Shown piece after piece: positions 36,711 to 37,542 of a DNA stretch of 37,542 nucleotides (position 1 is its first letter; each line of letters starts with the position of its first letter). The notes under the pieces were generated by a model. That model made no database searches and was not told where the DNA came from. It saw nothing but the letters and a program-made list of their open reading frames with translations. The stretch is from positions 1 through 37,542 of the forward strand of contig JBGCFM010000150.1 in the NCBI GenBank assembly GCA_045106895.1, written 5' to 3'. The translations under genes were made by a program, and so were the position numbers. Source of the stretch: Polyangiales bacterium (GTDB lineage: Bacteria; Myxococcota_A; Polyangia; Polyangiales; Houyiibacteriaceae).

Positions 36711-37542
36711 GTGAGCAACAAGATCCCGATGACATTTCGGATTTACTCGGGCGACGAGTTAGTCCGTACAGAGCAGCTGAACCAGGACATCATTAAGGTC
36801 GGTAAGCTCTCTTCCAGCCATTTGCGAATCGACGACGAAAATGTCTCGAGGATGCATGCAGTCATCGAGGTGACTGGGCCGGACGAGATCTACATCATCG
36901 ACCTCGGTTCTGCTTCGGGCACCATCGTGAATGGCACGAAGGTCAACAAGGCGAAGCTCGACCACAACGACGAGATCGTTTTGGGCGACACCCGCGTCAT
37001 CGTCGAGATGGGTGGAGCGTCCGCGGCCGATGACGACGAAGCGACGGTTGTCGCGGCGAGTCCCGTCGATTCCGCAGAGGCTTCACCGCCAGCAGCGGTT
37101 CCTGCGCCGGTCGTTCCTGCGCCTGCCGTTGCGGCTCCCGCCAACCCGTTCTCCGCGCCACCTCCAGCGGCGGCGATTCCAAACCCCTTCGCAGCTTCGG
37201 CACCAGCCGCCATGGCGACGACGGGCGACGACGAGGACCCCGAGAACTTTCAGTATGGCATCGTCGCCAGCGGTCCTCCGGTCTCGCCAGACGAGGTCGA
37301 AGCACCCGAAACGGCCGTCGAAGTGGTCGTCATGTGGGGCAAGCAGGTTCTGCACGTCGAGCACCTCGTGCCTTTCCGAACCTTCTACGTGGGCGAGTCC
37401 GAGGGCAAGATTCAGCCGGACTACCTCATCGGCTCCGATGTCCTTGGCACCGCGCGTATGCCGGTTGTCGTGGCAGCGGGTGGCGGCGCGGCGGCGGTCA
37501 TTCCTCAGGGAGCGACAGGTTCGGTCACCGTGGGCGACCAGC
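36711..37542 (+). CDS. gltG: Gliding protein GltG (N-terminal FHA domain), 3' truncated by window; absent from the ORF track
   Basis: Hand translation from GTG 36711: MSNKIPMTFRIYSGDELVRTEQLNQDIIKVGKLSSSHLRIDDENVSRMHAVIEV...IIDLGSASGTIVNG..VNKA.L...DEI.LGDT, then a Pro/Ala linker; GGAGG RBS; position after gltF. Confidence 0.85.
   Translation, partial: MSNKIPMTFRIYSGDELVRTEQLNQDIIKVGKLSSSHLRIDDENVSRMHAVIEVTGPDEIYIIDLGSASGTIVNGTKVNKAKLDHNDEIVLGDTRVIVEMGGASAADDDEATVVAASPVDSAEASPPAAVPAPVVPAPAVAAPANPFSAPPPAAAIPNPFAASAPAAMATTGDDEDPENFQYGIVASGPPVSPDEVEAPETAVEVVVMWGKQVLHVEHLVPFRTFYVGESEGKIQPDYLIGSDVLGTARMPVVVAAGGGAAAVIPQGATGSVTVGDQ

Overview
GC-rich chromosomal segment, most likely from a myxobacterium (Myxococcota; a Polyangia/Sandaracinaceae-like origin is inferred from gene content only). 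The left part holds housekeeping genes (pheT 3' end, tRNA-Pro(GGG), an inverted ihfA, surE, apt, tRNA-Arg(CCT)). A small decaying accessory patch follows, containing a DUF1761-like pseudogene next to a 5'-deleted LysR remnant. The middle holds an exbB-exbD-tonB run preceded by a Fur-box-like palindrome and followed by a TraB-like beta-barrel/TSP3/OmpA gene and a lipoprotein rather than a TonB-dependent receptor. It also holds truD, a serine hydrolase, recD2, a lamin-tail lipoprotein, a Ser/Thr kinase, an HNH nuclease, a MinD/FlhG-J-like-HTH fusion, maf and yggS. The right part is an Agl-Glt gliding-motility supercluster: two Glt-type outer-membrane barrels, gltK/cglC divergent from gltC-gltD-gltE, then gltF and gltG (truncated by the window edge), interleaved with ftsY, yraN and hypotheticals. 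The most interesting unexplained signals are the Fur-boxed, receptor-less Ton module; back-to-back TTGACA promoters with a central palindrome and a candidate sRNA/attenuator between gltK and gltC; and a TonB-box-like N-terminus on one Glt barrel. All family calls come from motif recognition by eye; no database searches were run.
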